64,000 nucleotides of DNA from Carcharhinus longimanus (Eukaryota): the NCBI GenBank assembly GCA_030264375.1, contig JASCQW010000162.1, positions 13,814,343 to 13,878,342 on the forward strand, in the 5' to 3' direction. The position numbers and the translations under genes are program-made. The notes under the pieces are model-generated. The model made no database searches. It saw only the letters and a list, made by a program, of their open reading frames with translations, and was not told the DNA's origin. Below are positions 61,728 through 64,000 of this stretch, in pieces. Within the stretch, counting starts at the first letter, position 1. The number at the start of each line of letters is the position of its first letter.

Positions 61728-62352
61728 GAGATGGTGGGAGTGGCGGGGGGAGCGGAGGGGTGTGGTATGAAAGAGGGGAGGGTGGGGCTGGGGAATGGAT
61801 GTTAGGAGAGGAAGGGGTAGNNNNNNNNNNNNNNNNNNNNNNNNNNNNNNNNNNNNNNNNNNNNNNNNNNNNNNNNNNNNNNNNNNNNNNNNNNNNNNNN
61901 NNNNNNNNNNNNNNNNNNNNNNNNNNNNNNNNNNNNNNNNNNNNNNNNNNNNNNNNNNNNNNNNNNNNNNNNNNNNNNNNNNNNNNNNNNNNNNNNNNNN
62001 NNNNNNNNNNNNNNNNNNNNNNNNNNNNNNNNNNNNNNNNNNNNNNNNNNNNNNNNNNNNNNNNNNNNNNNNNNNNNNNNNNNNNNNNNNNNNNNNNNNN
62101 NNNNNNNNNNNNNNNNNNNNNNNNNNNNNNNNNNNNNNNNNNNNNNNNNNNNNNNNNNNNNNNNNNNNNNNNNNNNNNNNNNNNNNNNNNNNNNNNNNNN
62201 NNNNNNNNNNNNNNNNNNNNNNNNNNNGAGAGGGGGTAGAGAATGGCAGAGAGGAGAGAGTAGGGAGTGGGGGGGTAGGGAATGGGGGAAAAGGAGGGGT
62301 GGTTAGTTGGGGGGGATGAGAAAAGGGGGTGAGAAGTAAAGGGGGGGGGGGA
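61728..62352 (+). repeat. G/A-rich low-complexity tract, mostly unresolved (N)
   Basis: Purine- and G-run-rich sequence on both sides of an N-run of about 400 nt. Confidence 0.75.
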
Positions 62353-63517
62353 ATGAAAGACCAACATCTATGTCAAGTTTTTCAGGAAGCAGTTTTGATG
62401 GTATCCATTTGGATGGAGTGAAAATCGGGAAAACGTGTCTCCAGAAGGTTTAGAATGAAAAAAAAGATGTATCGAGTTCACTTTTTTTTCCACAGGCATC
62501 GCCTTGGTTTCAAATAAACCAGGGCAATGAATACTCAAATCCCTCGCCCACCTCCACGCAACAGTGGCGACAATTATAACGAGGCAAACTTTGTTGAAGT
62601 TATTTGGCTGCGGCGGTCCTAACAGATTCGACAGCGCGTTGAGTTGGAAAGCGAAGGGGAGGGGACAGGGAGTTGGGAGTCTTGGTGATTTTACATTGAC
62701 TGCTTCCCCCTACCGCACCCCCCTCCATCCCCCTCCTTTTTTTTTAGCTTCGCAGAGATCAAAAGGAAGAGAGAGTGTGAAAAAAAAATGTTTGGCGACC
62801 CGAAGATGTACATTGTTAGAATGACAAGCTGAGGATCCCCGGGCGAAGCCGCGAGAGAATGTCCCTCCATCGGAAGTGGCTGCAAAGCAAGCGAAAACTC
62901 ACTTTTCAAGCTCTTGAAAGTCATTGTCTTTGGGGCTTGCCATACAGTAGATTGCCATGGCAACGCAACCTGCTGGTGTTACAAAGAGTTTAAAATGTTG
63001 AAAGGCAGCTGAACTGACTAGAGTAAAGAGCAACAGAATAAACAGTATTTTGATTCATTTCGAGGTTTACAAAAAAAAAGCGCAGACCATGAATACCGTC
63101 ATTGTCCCCGCTTTTCTAAATCTGATTCACCATATCATAACCCCTAGGAAGAAGAAAACATCAATATCGCGAAAGGAAAGGAGATGTTTCTATGGGAAAC
63201 CCAGGAATTTACTCCATAACAGATCTGGTGAAAAATCAAAGAGATCAAAGCGGACGCTCCTGGGAGTTAGATGCGGCTCTGAATCAAAGAGGTGGAGTCC
63301 AAAGTGCCTGGCTTCATTTCAAGTCTGCATCCCAATTTCAAGGGAAATGCTGTCGAAACTTCAACATCCCCCCTCCTCCCCGCAACTCCTCACCCCTCAC
63401 CCCCCCCGCCCCCCACCNNNNNNNNNNNNNNNNNNNNNNNNNNNNNNNNNNNNNNNNNNNNNNNNNNNNNNNNNNNNNNNNNNNNNNNNNNNNNNNNNNN
63501 NNNNNNNNNNNNNNNNN

Positions 63518-63602
63518 TGTCATCTGCAAATTTACTAACCCATCCTTCTATGCCCTCATCCAGGTCATTTATAAAAATGACAAACAGCAGTGGCTCCAAA
63601 AC
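63518..63602 (-). mobile_element. CR1-clade reverse transcriptase fragment (catalytic motif)
   Basis: VLEPLLFVIFINDLDEGIEGWVSKFADD matches the RT motif (SVLGPLLF.I.INDL...SKFADD). Runs into an N-run. Confidence 0.88.
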
Positions 63603-64000
63603 ATCGCATCAGTCCGGCCAATGTGCATGCATGACATTCAAATAACAGTGTTAGAGCCCCTACATTATTACCACTTTGTTCTGCAAGTGCATATTAATGA
63701 AAGAGAGAAAATAACAAACAAAACGACACATTCCCCAGACACCACTTCAGATAAAGCATGACAATAATGCAGGAGTGCAGTACTGTAACTTAAAAAGAGT
63801 AAGTAACATTCTTATCCCTGTCAATTGTAAGAGCACGGGTTCTGTCCTTGTTAGTACAACTCGCGGGGGCTATATTCAGCATTCATTGTTGTGAATTGCA
63901 TTCTTAAGCGAAAACCACATTCCACCCCCCCATCCCCCCCTGGACCCTCATAAAACGCATGCATTTTTTAAAAAAAAAGTCATTCACACCATTGTGCTTT

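Overview
This is eukaryotic, vertebrate genomic DNA. It is probably a cartilaginous fish, which I infer from the CR1/HER1-like LINE tails. The window holds the head-to-head Zic1-Zic4 zinc-finger gene pair. Zic1 is on the minus strand with 3 coding exons (11390-10412, 8854-8691, 8219-8022; 446 aa). Zic4 is on the plus strand with 2 coding exons (24692-25853, 29132-29568; about 532 aa, the long non-mammalian form). The rest is a transposon-poor, CpG-retaining non-coding landscape with candidate enhancers, five CR1 LINE fragments, microsatellites and about 20 N-runs. The most striking observation is a 255-bp inverted tract covering ZF1-ZF3 (Zic1 10410-10664, Zic4 25601-25855). It shows zero synonymous differences over 169 readable bases, while equally conserved flanking codons are heavily diverged at silent sites (25 of 41 degenerate codons differ). 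This points to gene conversion between two anciently duplicated inverted paralogs, unless it is an assembly artefact, which the N-run inside the tract makes necessary to exclude. All counts were made by hand; ortholog sequences are recalled from memory and need database confirmation.
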